The notes under the pieces are model-generated. The model saw only the letters and a program-made list of their open reading frames with translations. It had not been told where the DNA came from and did not search any database. Shown piece after piece: positions 1 through 9,811 of a stretch of DNA of 64,000 bases. How positions within the stretch are numbered: position 1 is the stretch's first letter; each line of letters starts with the position of its first letter. Origin of the DNA: Minisyncoccota bacterium (GTDB taxonomy: Bacteria > Patescibacteriota > Minisyncoccia > Phycocordibacterales > UBA2100); assembly GCA_035500505.1 (NCBI GenBank), contig DATJXE010000003.1:70921-134920 (forward strand), read 5' to 3'. The translations under genes were made by a program, and so were the position numbers.

Positions 1-260
1 GAGGCGGCGTATGGACGCTTCGAACGCAAGGATGGTCTCGGACTCCGCCGCGCGCATCTCATCACGGAGCTGCAGTATCTTACCGAACAGGGAAATAGTT
101 TCCATCCTGACCTGCGAGCGCAACGGCTCGCTTTCCGGAATATGCCTTGTGAGGAGGTAGAGTGCCGCGCCTATGCGCTCCGCTCGACGATAGAGACGCT
201 CCGCAGCGCGATTCCTGCCGAAGGGATCGGTCCGGACGTTCTGCGCGTCGACAAATCTTG
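1..260 (+). CDS. C-terminal fragment of unidentified protein (gene starts upstream of window)
   Basis: Open frame 1 from window edge to TGA at 258-260 with GC-rich third positions like neighbouring genes; no recognisable motif. Confidence 0.35.
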
Positions 261-316
261 AGAAATCATCACCTTTTGAGCTGTCTTTTATGTCGTCCAT
301 TTGCTGTTCGATAGAA

Positions 317-369
317 GTCCTTTATATCTAAAGGACGTCCGTGAGAACGCCTTTCAGTATATAAAGGAC
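317..369. promoter_or_regulatory. Two adjacent imperfect palindromes CCTTT-N6/8-AAAGG in AT-rich leader upstream of ftsK; candidate operator
   Basis: gtcctttatatctaaaggac (317-336) and cctttcagtatataaaggac (350-369); region 261-496 is markedly AT-richer than coding DNA. Confidence 0.3.
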
Positions 370-496
370 ATGTCGGATATACAAGCTCTTCCTTGAGGGT
401 TCCGCGGAGCAACGTCCAGCGCAGAAGCCGTTACAACCAATATCTAGGACGCTAGTTCGGCCAAAATATCGCCGCTTCGCGTGATACTATACGCGC

Positions 497-2728
497 ATGA
501 AAACAAAAAAACGCTCCAAAAACGGAAATGGAAAGAGGGGCGCGAACAGCGAAGTAAAGGTGGTCGAACGGAGTGTCAGCTCGGAAGCGCTCCGAGGCGT
601 TGCGGCCATCCTTTTTCTCGCCATAGCCGGTTTTCTCATCCTCGCTGAGATCGGCGGGGGTGGTTCCGTAGGCGTGACCCTCTTCGGATGGCTTTCGTGG
701 CTCCTTGGCATTGGCTACCTGCTCCTCCCCCTCTCGCTCGTCCTTCTCTCGGTGCTGGTCCTACGTTCGTTCGAGGGTCGCTTCGGGTGGGTGCATATCA
801 TGGGCCTTGCCGTCTTCCTCCTTTCCGCCCTCGGGCTCGTGAACCTCGCGTTCCCGGGCAAGGGCGGCGTATTGGGGGCAAGCGTCTCACAGCCCCTCAC
901 AGGAGCCATCGCAACGCCGGCAACGGTCATCTTCTTGATGGCGTTCATGGTAGCGGCGCTCATCATCGCTTTCGACGCGAATCTACCGGCGCTTTTTTCG
1001 AATATACGGAATTGGTTCCGCTCCTCGCCCGAGGATGAGTTCGATACCGGCCTTGAGGACGTGCCGGTGACCGGCATACACCAAGAGGAGATCGCCGAGA
1101 ACGAAGAGCTCCCGATCGAAGAGGGGTCGGAAGAGAGAGGGTCTCCGGAGCGAACACCCGCGGTGAGCACGTTTGCTGAAAAGTCGGAAGCGAGTGATGC
1201 GGGCTTCCCTATCATTGCCGCGACGGGTTCCGCGTATGAACCGCCTCCGGTCGCGCTCCTTTCCAAAAACAAAGGCAAACCGGAAGTGGGTGACGTGAAA
1301 GCGAACATGAACATCATCAAGCGCACGCTCCAGAATTTCGGCATCCAGGTCGAGATGGACGAGGCATCCATCGGCCCCACCGTGACGCGTTACGCCATGA
1401 AGCCCGCGGAGGGCGTGCGACTTTCGAAAATAGTCGCGCTCCAGTCCAACCTCGAGCTTGCGCTCGCTGCCGCGCCAGTGCGCATCGAGGCGCCGATACC
1501 TGGAAAGTCGTTGGTCGGGATCGAAGTTCCGAACATATCGCGCACGACACTCGGCCTCGCCCCCCTCGTTTCGGATGAGCAGTACACCGGGTCCGACAAG
1601 CCACTTCTGGTAGCACTTGGTCGCTCCATCACCGGGCAAGCACATTTTGCCGACCTCGCCCGCATGCCGCATCTTCTCGTCGCCGGAGCGACCGGTGCGG
1701 GCAAATCGGTCGCCATCCACGATTTCATCGTTTCCCTCCTCTACCGCTGCGGTCCCGAGCGTCTGCGGTTCATCATGGTCGACCCCAAACGGGTCGAGTT
1801 GACGGTCTACAATTCGATCCCTCACCTACTGACTCCCGTCATTACCGATGCAAAAAAGGCCATCCTTGCGATAAAGTGGCTCGCGAAGGAAATGGAAAGA
1901 CGCTACAACATCCTGGAAACTGAACGCGTGCGCGACATCGGCTCCTATCATCAGAACATCGTCACCCCGGCGCTCGAAAAGGGCGTAAAAGAAGGCGAAA
2001 CGCCACCGGAAGCGATGCCCTACATCGTGGTCGTCATCGACGAGTTGGCCGATATCATGTCGGCCTACCCGCGCGAGCTCGAAGCTGGCATCGTGCGCTT
2101 GGCGCAGATGAGCCGCGCGGTCGGTATCCACCTTATTCTCTCGACGCAGCGCCCGAGCGTGAAGGTCATCACCGGACTCATCAAGGCCAACATTCCCGCG
2201 CGGGTAGCGCTGCAGGTCGCCTCTCAGATAGACTCCCGAACGATACTGGACACGGGCGGGGCGGAAAAATTGCTCGGTGCGGGCGACATGCTCTTCCTTT
2301 CGGGTGAAATGTCCAAACCGCGACGTATCCAGGCCCCGTATCTCTCCGAAAGCGAAGTGAAGAAGGTCGTGGCATGGATAGCGAAGAATGCCGAGGGCAC
2401 GCTCCCGAGCGAGATAGACTTCACGGACTCCGGAAAGATCGGCGGCGGATTGGATACCGTATTCTCCTCAATGGCCGATGAAGAAGAGGAAGATGAATTG
2501 TATGGAGAAGCTAAGAAAACGGTCATCGAGGCGGGCAAGGCCTCGACCTCGTATTTGCAACGCAAGCTCGGTGTCGGCTACGCGCGCGCGGCGAAACTGA
2601 TAGACATGCTCGAAGAGCGCGGAGTCGTGGGACCTGCCGACGGGGCAAAGCCGCGCGACGTCGTCGGAGCGGGCAATGCGGACGAATTGGTGAAAGCCGC
2701 TGAAGAACCGGAAGAGGAAAATTTGTAG
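497..2728 (+). CDS. ftsK: DNA translocase FtsK/SpoIIIE
   Basis: N-terminal TM helices, linker, Walker A GATGAGKS, C-terminal gamma (winged-helix) domain; -10-like TGATACTAT 6 nt upstream of ATG. Confidence 0.9.
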   Translation: MKTKKRSKNGNGKRGANSEVKVVERSVSSEALRGVAAILFLAIAGFLILAEIGGGGSVGVTLFGWLSWLLGIGYLLLPLSLVLLSVLVLRSFEGRFGWVHIMGLAVFLLSALGLVNLAFPGKGGVLGASVSQPLTGAIATPATVIFLMAFMVAALIIAFDANLPALFSNIRNWFRSSPEDEFDTGLEDVPVTGIHQEEIAENEELPIEEGSEERGSPERTPAVSTFAEKSEASDAGFPIIAATGSAYEPPPVALLSKNKGKPEVGDVKANMNIIKRTLQNFGIQVEMDEASIGPTVTRYAMKPAEGVRLSKIVALQSNLELALAAAPVRIEAPIPGKSLVGIEVPNISRTTLGLAPLVSDEQYTGSDKPLLVALGRSITGQAHFADLARMPHLLVAGATGAGKSVAIHDFIVSLLYRCGPERLRFIMVDPKRVELTVYNSIPHLLTPVITDAKKAILAIKWLAKEMERRYNILETERVRDIGSYHQNIVTPALEKGVKEGETPPEAMPYIVVVIDELADIMSAYPRELEAGIVRLAQMSRAVGIHLILSTQRPSVKVITGLIKANIPARVALQVASQIDSRTILDTGGAEKLLGAGDMLFLSGEMSKPRRIQAPYLSESEVKKVVAWIAKNAEGTLPSEIDFTDSGKIGGGLDTVFSSMADEEEEDELYGEAKKTVIEAGKASTSYLQRKLGVGYARAAKLIDMLEERGVVGPADGAKPRDVVGAGNADELVKAAEEPEEENL

Positions 2729-2731
2729 CCC

Positions 2732-3145
2732 ATGCTTCCCTACCGCGACAGCGTCCTTACGAAGATCGCCCTCGTCCTTTTCTTCCTCATCATCATCGGC
2801 TACGCGTATTTCGAGGCGCGGGGCATCCTTTTTGGACCATCGATCCAGGTTTCGCAGACCATCGAAGAGGTCTCGAACCCGTACATTGAACTCACGGGCA
2901 CGACGACGCACATAGCCGAGCTCGACATGAACGGACAAGCCGTGCCCGTCACCGAAGCGGGGGTTTTTGACATTCCCTACGCGCTTTCGCCCGGGTACAA
3001 CCGAATCGTCCTGGACGCGAAGGACAAATACGGCAAATCCACCGAAAAAATAATCCAAATAGTCTATACGCCTGCCTCGACCACCCCCGCCCAAACGGCC
3101 GCAACCTCGACTCCGGCAGCCTCATCCACACCAACGACGCCCTGA
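2732..3145 (+). CDS. Small membrane-anchored protein with Thr/Pro/Ala-rich tail, unknown function
   Basis: Starts 4 nt after ftsK stop; N-terminal TM helix; coding-like composition. Confidence 0.5.
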   Translation: MLPYRDSVLTKIALVLFFLIIIGYAYFEARGILFGPSIQVSQTIEEVSNPYIELTGTTTHIAELDMNGQAVPVTEAGVFDIPYALSPGYNRIVLDAKDKYGKSTEKIIQIVYTPASTTPAQTAATSTPAASSTPTTP

Positions 3146-3191
3146 TGTATACTGCCCTCTGACCCCAATAGCAGGTAATTCATTAATCACT

Positions 3192-4265
3192 ATGGCACTC
3201 GGAACAAAGAAAAAAGAGAAGGCTCCGCCGAAGGAAGTCGGCACTGGGTCGGACAAAGATATCGAACGCGCGCTCGCGCAGATAAAAACGAAGTTCGGCG
3301 ACGAATCCATCATGATGCTTGGCGCTTCGCCCAAGGTGGACGTCAACGCCATCCCCACGGGCTCTATCGGCGTCGATTGGGCACTCGGCATCGGTGGACT
3401 CCCGCGTGGCCGCATCATCGAAGTGTTCGGTCCGGAAAGTTCCGGCAAAACGACGCTCTCGCTCCATGTCATCGCCGAAGCGCAGAAAAAAGGCGGCATC
3501 TGTGCATTCATCGACGCCGAACACGCGCTCGACCCCGAATACGCCAAAAAGCTCGGCGTGAAGATCCAGGACCTTCTCGTATCGCAACCGGACACCGGCG
3601 AGCAGGCGCTCGAAATAGTTGAATCGCTCGTGCGCTCCGGCAAAATAGACGTCATCGTCGTCGACTCCGTCGCCGCGCTCACGCCCAAAGACGAGATCGA
3701 GGGCGACATGGGCCAATCGCACGTCGGCAAGCAGGCGCGCCTCATGTCGCAGGCGCTTCGCAAACTCACTGCCATCGTATCGAAAACGAAAACCGTCATC
3801 ATTTTCATCAACCAGATCCGCATGCAGATAGGGGTCATGTTCGGCAATCCAGAAACGACCCCGGGCGGCAAGGCGCTGAAATTCTACACATCGGTGCGCA
3901 TCGACATTCGCCGCATCGCGCAGATAAAGAAAGGCGACGAAGTGATGGGCGGCCGCCACCGCGTGAAGATAGTCAAAAACAAGGTCGCAGCTCCCTTTCG
4001 CCAAAGCGAATTCGACATGCTTTACGGAGAAGGCATTTCCAAAGAGGGCGAAGCGCTCGCGCTCGGCGAGAAGCTCGGCCTCGTCCAAAAATCGTCCGGC
4101 GGAGCCTACAGCATGGGCGAAACCAAAATGGGCCGCGGCTATGATGCGGCTCGCACGTATCTCAAAGAGAATAAGCCAGTACTCACCCAGTTATTGAAAG
4201 ACATCCGCAAAGGTCTTCAGGAAGGCGGCGGGGTTGTTGGAAAATCGAGTGGCGAGGAGGAGTAG
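3192..4265 (+). CDS. recA: Recombinase RecA
   Basis: GPESSGKTT Walker A and conserved RecA core including IIFINQIR...GGKALKFY. Confidence 0.95.
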   Translation: MALGTKKKEKAPPKEVGTGSDKDIERALAQIKTKFGDESIMMLGASPKVDVNAIPTGSIGVDWALGIGGLPRGRIIEVFGPESSGKTTLSLHVIAEAQKKGGICAFIDAEHALDPEYAKKLGVKIQDLLVSQPDTGEQALEIVESLVRSGKIDVIVVDSVAALTPKDEIEGDMGQSHVGKQARLMSQALRKLTAIVSKTKTVIIFINQIRMQIGVMFGNPETTPGGKALKFYTSVRIDIRRIAQIKKGDEVMGGRHRVKIVKNKVAAPFRQSEFDMLYGEGISKEGEALALGEKLGLVQKSSGGAYSMGETKMGRGYDAARTYLKENKPVLTQLLKDIRKGLQEGGGVVGKSSGEEE

Positions 4266-4326
4266 CGAATCTTCCGGCCGTATGGTACGAATCTCCTAGC
4301 CGCAATTCTGCGGGAAAGGGTGACAC

Positions 4327-5664
4327 ATGTCAGCAACAGCTCTTGCCGAAAAATTGGCACGTCCGACGCTTCGCTGTATCGAGTGCGGTAATGTCCAAGA
4401 TCTCTATCGGGAACGCAAGTTCCGTTGCGTGTGCGGCGGCCTCTTCGAGGTCGTGCACAACCACGAAAATCTCTCACTGCTCCGGCAATTTCTGGAATCG
4501 CAGTTCCAGCGCCGCGCGGCGGGATTTATTGAAAGTCCTCCAGGTCGCTCCGGCGTATGGCGTTTCTACGAACTCATCATGCCCGAAATGCGGTCAGACG
4601 AGATGATCACGCTCGGCGAAGGTATTGTGCCAATCGTTCGCGCTGGACCGCACATCAGTCGGTGGGTGGGCGGCGATCTGGATCTCTGGCTCATTCTCGA
4701 AGGTCAGGGTCCGACCGGTTCATTCAAGGATTTCGGCGGCGCCGTGATGATGAGCGTGGCGAAGAAAGCGGGTGTATCGGCCGTCGCATGCGCATCTACC
4801 GGCGATACCTCTGCCATGACAGCCGCATACTCCGCTGTGGCAAACTTTCCCTGTGTAGTTCTTCTGCCACAGGGAAAGTACACGGCCGTGCAGCTGACAC
4901 AGGCAGTCGCCTATGGTGCGCGGGTCATCGATATCCCCGGCACCTTCGACGATTGCATGCGCGTGATGAGTGACCTCGTCGAGCATCACGGGGTTTATCC
5001 GGCGAACAGTCTGAATCCTTCACGCATCGAAGGACACCAGGCGACCGTATTTCTCATCGCGCAGGCGTTCAACTGGATACTACCGGAATGGTTCGCGGTT
5101 CCTGTCGGTAACGGCAGCAACTCATCCTCTATCGGCAAGGGCATGCGACTGCTCCTTGAGCACGGCTTCGTGCAAAAAGGCGCCCGCATCCTCGGCTGTC
5201 AGAGTGAGGCCGCAAACCCACTGGCAGCGTCATGGCAAAAGATCCGTGACATACCGAACGAGCAAAAGCTCTCCTGTTGGCGTAACGTCTACAGGCGGCG
5301 TATCGATCTCGGCGAAACGGTCGCCACGGCGGCACGCATCGGCGACCCAGTCTCGCGCGAGAAAGTCATGCGGGAAATCGTTGCGTCGAACGGGGCCGTT
5401 ACGCAAGCGGACGAAGGAAGCATCGTCCATGCGACCCAGCTCTCGGCTCGAGACGGCATCATGGTCTGTCCGCAAACTGGCATCGCACTTGCGGGACTCC
5501 GCGAGGCGGTTGCCCGCAATGTGGTAAAGAAGGGCGAACGAGTGGTTGTCGTGTCAACGGCTACCGGGCTGAAATTCCCTGAAGCCTATGGCGTGAATGC
5601 AAATGCCATCGAAAAGGCGGCTGATGTAAGCACGAAAACCGTCGCGAAAATGCTCGGTCTCTGA
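4327..5664 (+). CDS. thrC: Threonine synthase (PLP-dependent) with N-terminal zinc ribbon
   Basis: CxxC...CxC ribbon followed by PALP fold with GSFKD lysine motif. Confidence 0.8.
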   Translation: MSATALAEKLARPTLRCIECGNVQDLYRERKFRCVCGGLFEVVHNHENLSLLRQFLESQFQRRAAGFIESPPGRSGVWRFYELIMPEMRSDEMITLGEGIVPIVRAGPHISRWVGGDLDLWLILEGQGPTGSFKDFGGAVMMSVAKKAGVSAVACASTGDTSAMTAAYSAVANFPCVVLLPQGKYTAVQLTQAVAYGARVIDIPGTFDDCMRVMSDLVEHHGVYPANSLNPSRIEGHQATVFLIAQAFNWILPEWFAVPVGNGSNSSSIGKGMRLLLEHGFVQKGARILGCQSEAANPLAASWQKIRDIPNEQKLSCWRNVYRRRIDLGETVATAARIGDPVSREKVMREIVASNGAVTQADEGSIVHATQLSARDGIMVCPQTGIALAGLREAVARNVVKKGERVVVVSTATGLKFPEAYGVNANAIEKAADVSTKTVAKMLGL

Positions 5665-5684
5665 TCTTTCGGTATGAACAAAAA

Positions 5685-5720
5685 TCGGGCGCGGCAGTGA
5701 AGCTGCGCCCGAGTTTTTTA
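5685..5720 (+). terminator. Rho-independent terminator after thrC
   Basis: tcgggcgcggc / gctgcgcccga ~11-bp GC stem followed by TTTTTT. Confidence 0.55.
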
Positions 5721-5755
5721 TTGGACAAGAGAATTTTTTTGAATACAATACCGCG

Positions 5756-6322
5756 ATGGCAATGATCTCATACAATGAAGTGAAGCCGGGCGTCGCGGTC
5801 CTCATCGAGGGCGAGCCGTACGTCTGCACGTGGAACAACATAATGAAAAAACAGCAGCGCCGTCCGGTCAACCAGACGAAGATGCGCCATATCATCAAGG
5901 GCAACTCCATCGAATATTCCTTCCAGCAGTCCGACAAGGTGGAAGAGGCCGAGATCGAATCGCGTCCTGCGGTCTTTATCTACGAAAGGAATGGTGAATG
6001 GTTCTTCCACGATGCCAAAAACAAGTCCAACCGCTTCTCGGTGACGGACGAACAAATGGGCGAATCGGGCAAGTTCCTCAAATCCAATACGGAGGTCGAA
6101 ACTCTCTGGTTCCAGGGCAAGCTTTTCCGCGTGAAGCTTCCCATCAAGGTAGAACTCAAGGTGACCGAGGCGCCGCCGGACGTGCGCGGCAACACCGCGC
6201 AAGGCGGCTCAAAGGTAGTGGAACTCGAAACAGGGGCCTCGCTCGACGTCCCCATGTTCGTGAAGTTGGGCGATGTCATCCGCATCAATACTGAAACAGG
6301 CGAATACGTCGAACGAGTCTAA
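5756..6322 (+). CDS. efp: Elongation factor P
   Basis: KPGKG-type N-terminus and full EF-P length; TACAAT box 6 nt upstream of ATG. Confidence 0.9.
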   Translation: MAMISYNEVKPGVAVLIEGEPYVCTWNNIMKKQQRRPVNQTKMRHIIKGNSIEYSFQQSDKVEEAEIESRPAVFIYERNGEWFFHDAKNKSNRFSVTDEQMGESGKFLKSNTEVETLWFQGKLFRVKLPIKVELKVTEAPPDVRGNTAQGGSKVVELETGASLDVPMFVKLGDVIRINTETGEYVERV

Positions 6323-6356
6323 AGAAAAAGTCCCGCTCAGCGGGACTTTTTTTATT
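6321..6356. terminator. Bidirectional terminator between convergent efp and rpsR
   Basis: A-run, gtcccgc-tca-gcgggac stem, T-run. Confidence 0.65.
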
Positions 6357-6549
6357 TCTGTACGTAGGGCAAAAGGCCCATGAACCTCGCGCGCTTCACT
6401 GCCTGCTCGACGGCGCGCTGCTGCTTTGCGGTGAGGTTGGTGCGCGTGCGGGCCATGACGCGGCCGTGCGGGTTGATGAACTGCTTCAAAAGGTCGACGT
6501 CTTTGTAGTCGACGTGCTGGATATCATTTTGGGTAAGAATGTTGTTCAT
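6352..6549 (-). CDS. rpsR: 30S ribosomal protein S18
   Basis: 65 aa basic protein with S18 signature, in rpsF-ssb-rpsR order. Confidence 0.9.
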   Translation of the reverse strand: MNNILTQNDIQHVDYKDVDLLKQFINPHGRVMARTRTNLTAKQQRAVEQAVKRARFMGLLPYVQK

Positions 6550-6553
6550 AGAA

Positions 6554-7009
6554 TTAGAAAGGGATATCGTCGGGGTTAATGTCGTCCTTCGGGTATTCGA
6601 TAGCGCTACCGCCTGAGGGCGCGCCCATATCCTCCGGCATCGATTGCTCGTCGTCGCTCTTGCGAGAACCTCCGCCGCCGGATGAACGCGGACCGAATTG
6701 GACGCGATCGGCGACTATCTCGGTGCGGTATTTCTTCTCGCCGTCCTTCCCTTCCCAGCTGCGCGTCTGCATGCGACCTTCCACGAATGCGGAAGAGCCC
6801 TTCTTGAGGTATTGCGCGACCGTATCGGCCTGACGGCCGAAGACGACGATATTGTGAAAATCCGTTTGCTCCTGCTTCTTGCCGTCGCGATCCTTGTAGA
6901 CGCGGTTGGTGGCGATGGAAAAGCTCGCGACGTTCATGCCGCTCGGGAGCGCGCGGAGTTCCGGATCGCGCGTGAGGTTGCCGAAAACCATTGCTTTGTT
7001 CAGATACAT
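6554..7009 (-). CDS. ssb: Single-stranded DNA-binding protein
   Basis: OB fold MYLNKA...[12 protein letters not shown], Gly-rich linker and acidic DDIPF tail. Confidence 0.9.
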   Translation of the reverse strand: MYLNKAMVFGNLTRDPELRALPSGMNVASFSIATNRVYKDRDGKKQEQTDFHNIVVFGRQADTVAQYLKKGSSAFVEGRMQTRSWEGKDGEKKYRTEIVADRVQFGPRSSGGGGSRKSDDEQSMPEDMGAPSGGSAIEYPKDDINPDDIPF

Positions 7010-7015
7010 AGAACG

Positions 7016-7570
7016 TTATTCCGCAGTAATGTCTTCGAGCGCCTTGTCGAGCTGCGCTTCCGAAACGGGAGCGGAGGGCTCTTCGACGCGCTTCGGCGTC
7101 GTTTTGATAGTATCGGTGCGACGCACTTCGCGCAGCTGCGGCGCGCGCAGGTGGGCGCGGGTCTCCTCGCGCACGGTGCGAAAGACGATGTGGCGAATAA
7201 CGGCGGCGTTCCGTTTCAATGTTTCGTCGAGCGCGAGCGCGGCGTGCGCGGGCGCCTCAAACTTGAGCCAGCCGAAAAAGGCACGGTCGAACTCGACGCG
7301 CTTGCCGCCGTCGGTGCCTGGAATGCCGTAGGAAAGTCTCGTCATCGAAGGGGCGCCTTCTGCGATGAAGGTGCCGCCCTCCTTCTCGATAGTTTTGCGG
7401 ATCTCGGCAACGACCTTCTCGACATCTTCTTCTTTCACGCTCGGAGAAATGTGGTAGCCGATCTCGTAGATACGGGAAATGCCCGACTCGATGTCGGTTT
7501 CATTCGTTTGCGCGACTGCAGCGTCTGCCATACGTTCGGAGACTTTAACACGAGGCTTTGGGCCGTGCAA
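7016..7570 (-). CDS. rpsF: 30S ribosomal protein S6 with extended acidic C-terminus
   Basis: RIYEIGYHISP core typical of S6; true start may be the internal Met near 7531. Confidence 0.8.
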   Translation of the reverse strand: MHGPKPRVKVSERMADAAVAQTNETDIESGISRIYEIGYHISPSVKEEDVEKVVAEIRKTIEKEGGTFIAEGAPSMTRLSYGIPGTDGGKRVEFDRAFFGWLKFEAPAHAALALDETLKRNAAVIRHIVFRTVREETRAHLRAPQLREVRRTDTIKTTPKRVEEPSAPVSEAQLDKALEDITAE

Positions 7571-7572
7571 AC

Positions 7573-8385
7573 CTAGCGCACGCCGAACACGCGCTCTGCG
7601 TTTTTGACGAGTTGCGCGCGGACTTTCTCAAAACCTTCGCCTCGAATTTCTGCTATTTTGCGGACCACGTGTTCGACGTATGCGGGCTCGTTGCGCTTCC
7701 CCCTGTTGGGCGCGGGCGTGACGTATGGAGCGTCCGTTTCGCTCAAGATCATGTCGAGCGGCGCATTCTTTATCACTTCGTCGTAATCGTGCGTAAAGGT
7801 GACGACGCCTGTGAACGATAGGGTAAATCCTAAATCCAGGAATTTCTTAGCGATTTCCCAGTTTCCTGCGAAAAAATGTACATCGCCTTTTACTTGCGCA
7901 TGGGCCTTCAAAACATCCAGAGCATCGTCGTACGCATTCCTTATGTGGAGCATCAGGGGCTTGTTCAAGTCGTTCGCGAGTTCTATTTGCTGAACAAAAT
8001 TCTTTACCTGCACATCTTTGGTGCTCTTATCGATACGGAAGTAATCAAGTCCACACTCGCCTATCGCAATCACACGCGGAGACTTCCCCAATTCCGCGTA
8101 TGCGGATATGTCGAATACTTCTCCGCGCGACGTAAACTCTTTTCCGCCTTCGCCGAGTTCCTTTTCGTCGTGATACGACTTCGAGGTGTGTATCGGGTGC
8201 AAGCCGATGGTTGCCCAGACATTGTCATATTTCTGCGCCAGTTCAACGGCCGCCTTGGACGTATCGAACTGCGTGCCGACAACATTCATCCCCACCTGCT
8301 GCTCCTTCGCACGCGCAATCGTTGCTTCCCTATCTTCGTTATACGCAACGAAGTTGACGTGCGTATGTGCATCGAAGAATTTCAT
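7573..8385 (-). CDS. tatD: TatD-family metal-dependent DNase/hydrolase
   Basis: MKFFDAHTHVN start and TIM-barrel His/Asp/Glu motifs. Confidence 0.85.
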   Translation of the reverse strand: MKFFDAHTHVNFVAYNEDREATIARAKEQQVGMNVVGTQFDTSKAAVELAQKYDNVWATIGLHPIHTSKSYHDEKELGEGGKEFTSRGEVFDISAYAELGKSPRVIAIGECGLDYFRIDKSTKDVQVKNFVQQIELANDLNKPLMLHIRNAYDDALDVLKAHAQVKGDVHFFAGNWEIAKKFLDLGFTLSFTGVVTFTHDYDEVIKNAPLDMILSETDAPYVTPAPNRGKRNEPAYVEHVVRKIAEIRGEGFEKVRAQLVKNAERVFGVR

Positions 8386-8386
8386 G

Positions 8387-9811
8387 CTACTCCTTACGCG
8401 GAAAAAGATTCGCCGGTTTTTTGTTCGCCATGATCGCTTCGATTATTTTCCCGCTCGTTTGCGGAATGATGGGCTCGAGCATTTCATCGATGAACGCAAG
8501 TTCCCGGACCATCGTTTCGATAAGCGCTTTGCCTTTCGCGGGGTCGGTTTTCACGACCTTGAACGGTTCGCTATGGTTGATGCTCTGATCGAGCGCTTGG
8601 ATCTTGCCCCACACGAATTCGAGAGCCCCATTGAATTCGAAACGCTCCAGTGCCTGCCTGAATTCGTTGGGGTACGGAACGAACTCGACCTTGACCGGTT
8701 CGGGAAGATTCGCTTCCGCAAGTGTCATAACGCGCGCCGCCAAATTGCCCAACCCATTCGCAAGGTCCGCGTTGTACGCCTCCTTGAACCGCTCCATCGT
8801 AAAATCAGAGTCTTCAAAAGGCGAGACATGCCGCGCGAGGAAGTAGCGCAGCGCATCGGCGCCGTATTCGTCCACAACAGCGATGGGGTCTATGACGTTG
8901 CCAATACTTTTCGACATTTTCTGCCCGCCACTCGTGATGAAGCCGTGGTAAAGCACCTTATCGGTCGTCTTGAGGCCGGCCGACATGAGCATCGCTTGCC
9001 ACATGACCGACTGGAACCGCACTTGATCCTTGCCCGCAAGCTGCAACGTTTCGCCGTCCACCCAGAATTTCTTGAAATCACCATTCTCATCCGGCCAGCC
9101 AAGCGTCGAGATGTAATTGATGAGCGCGTCGAACCACACGTACATGACCTGGGAATCGTCGTTCGGCACCGGTATGCCCCACGGCAGCCTGTCCTTTTGT
9201 CGTGAAATGGAAAAATCTTCGAGTCCGCCTTTCACAAAATTCAGCGCTTCCTGACGCCGCCATTCGGGAACGATGACGCCTTCTTGTGAGAGGTACGTTT
9301 CCAACTCTTTCTGGTATTTGCTCAAGGCGAAAAAATAATTCTCCTCCTCTATCTCTATCGGCTTCTGGCTAGGATGATTGGGGCACATACCGCCGACGAG
9401 GTCGCTTTCTTTGACGAACGCTTCATCGCCGACGCAGTAGAGACCCTTGTACTTCTTCTTGTAAATGTCTTTTTCGCACCGCTTCCAGAACTCCTGTGCC
9501 GCTTTCTTGTGACGAGAATCGGTCGTGCGGATGAAATGCAGGTCGGGAAAGAGCTCCAGCCTTTCCTTGAGCGAACGGAATTTCGCCGCGTACTCGTCGG
9601 TGTATTTCTGCGGGTCCTTCCCTTCCTCCTGCGCCTTGCGGAATATCTTGAGTCCGTGTTCATCGGTGCCTGTGTTGAAAAAAACATCGTTGCCCATCAA
9701 CTTGCGGTAGCGCGCGATGATATCCGCTTGCACCATTTCGAGCGCGAAGCCGATGTGCGGCTCTGCGTTGACGTACGGGAGGGTGGTAGTGAGATAAAAA
9801 GCCTTGCTCAT
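8387..9811 (-). CDS. metG: Methionyl-tRNA synthetase, short form lacking C-terminal tRNA-binding domain
   Basis: HIGF (HIGH-class) and KMSKS motifs; 474 aa. Confidence 0.9.
   Translation of the reverse strand: MSKAFYLTTTLPYVNAEPHIGFALEMVQADIIARYRKLMGNDVFFNTGTDEHGLKIFRKAQEEGKDPQKYTDEYAAKFRSLKERLELFPDLHFIRTTDSRHKKAAQEFWKRCEKDIYKKKYKGLYCVGDEAFVKESDLVGGMCPNHPSQKPIEIEEENYFFALSKYQKELETYLSQEGVIVPEWRRQEALNFVKGGLEDFSISRQKDRLPWGIPVPNDDSQVMYVWFDALINYISTLGWPDENGDFKKFWVDGETLQLAGKDQVRFQSVMWQAMLMSAGLKTTDKVLYHGFITSGGQKMSKSIGNVIDPIAVVDEYGADALRYFLARHVSPFEDSDFTMERFKEAYNADLANGLGNLAARVMTLAEANLPEPVKVEFVPYPNEFRQALERFEFNGALEFVWGKIQALDQSINHSEPFKVVKTDPAKGKALIETMVRELAFIDEMLEPIIPQTSGKIIEAIMANKKPANLFPRKE

Noticed and set aside
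983-1825. Long antisense ORFs opposite well-supported genes (for example 983-1825 opposite ftsK, 8186-9205 opposite metG, 10958-12142 opposite glyQS, 14276-15349 opposite aclA, 25598-26728 opposite rplK-nusG-secE, 48554-50365 opposite cyoB, 52744-54045 opposite the flavin module)
   Set aside because: High-GC DNA produces long stop-free frames on the non-coding strand. Their translations are Arg/Pro/Gly-rich and low-complexity, lack motifs, and the opposite strand in every case encodes a clearly recognisable conserved protein.
3146-3191. LexA/SOS box upstream of recA
   Set aside because: Neither CTGT-N8-ACAG nor GAAC-N4-GTTC is present; only the TGTATACT motif common to many promoters here.
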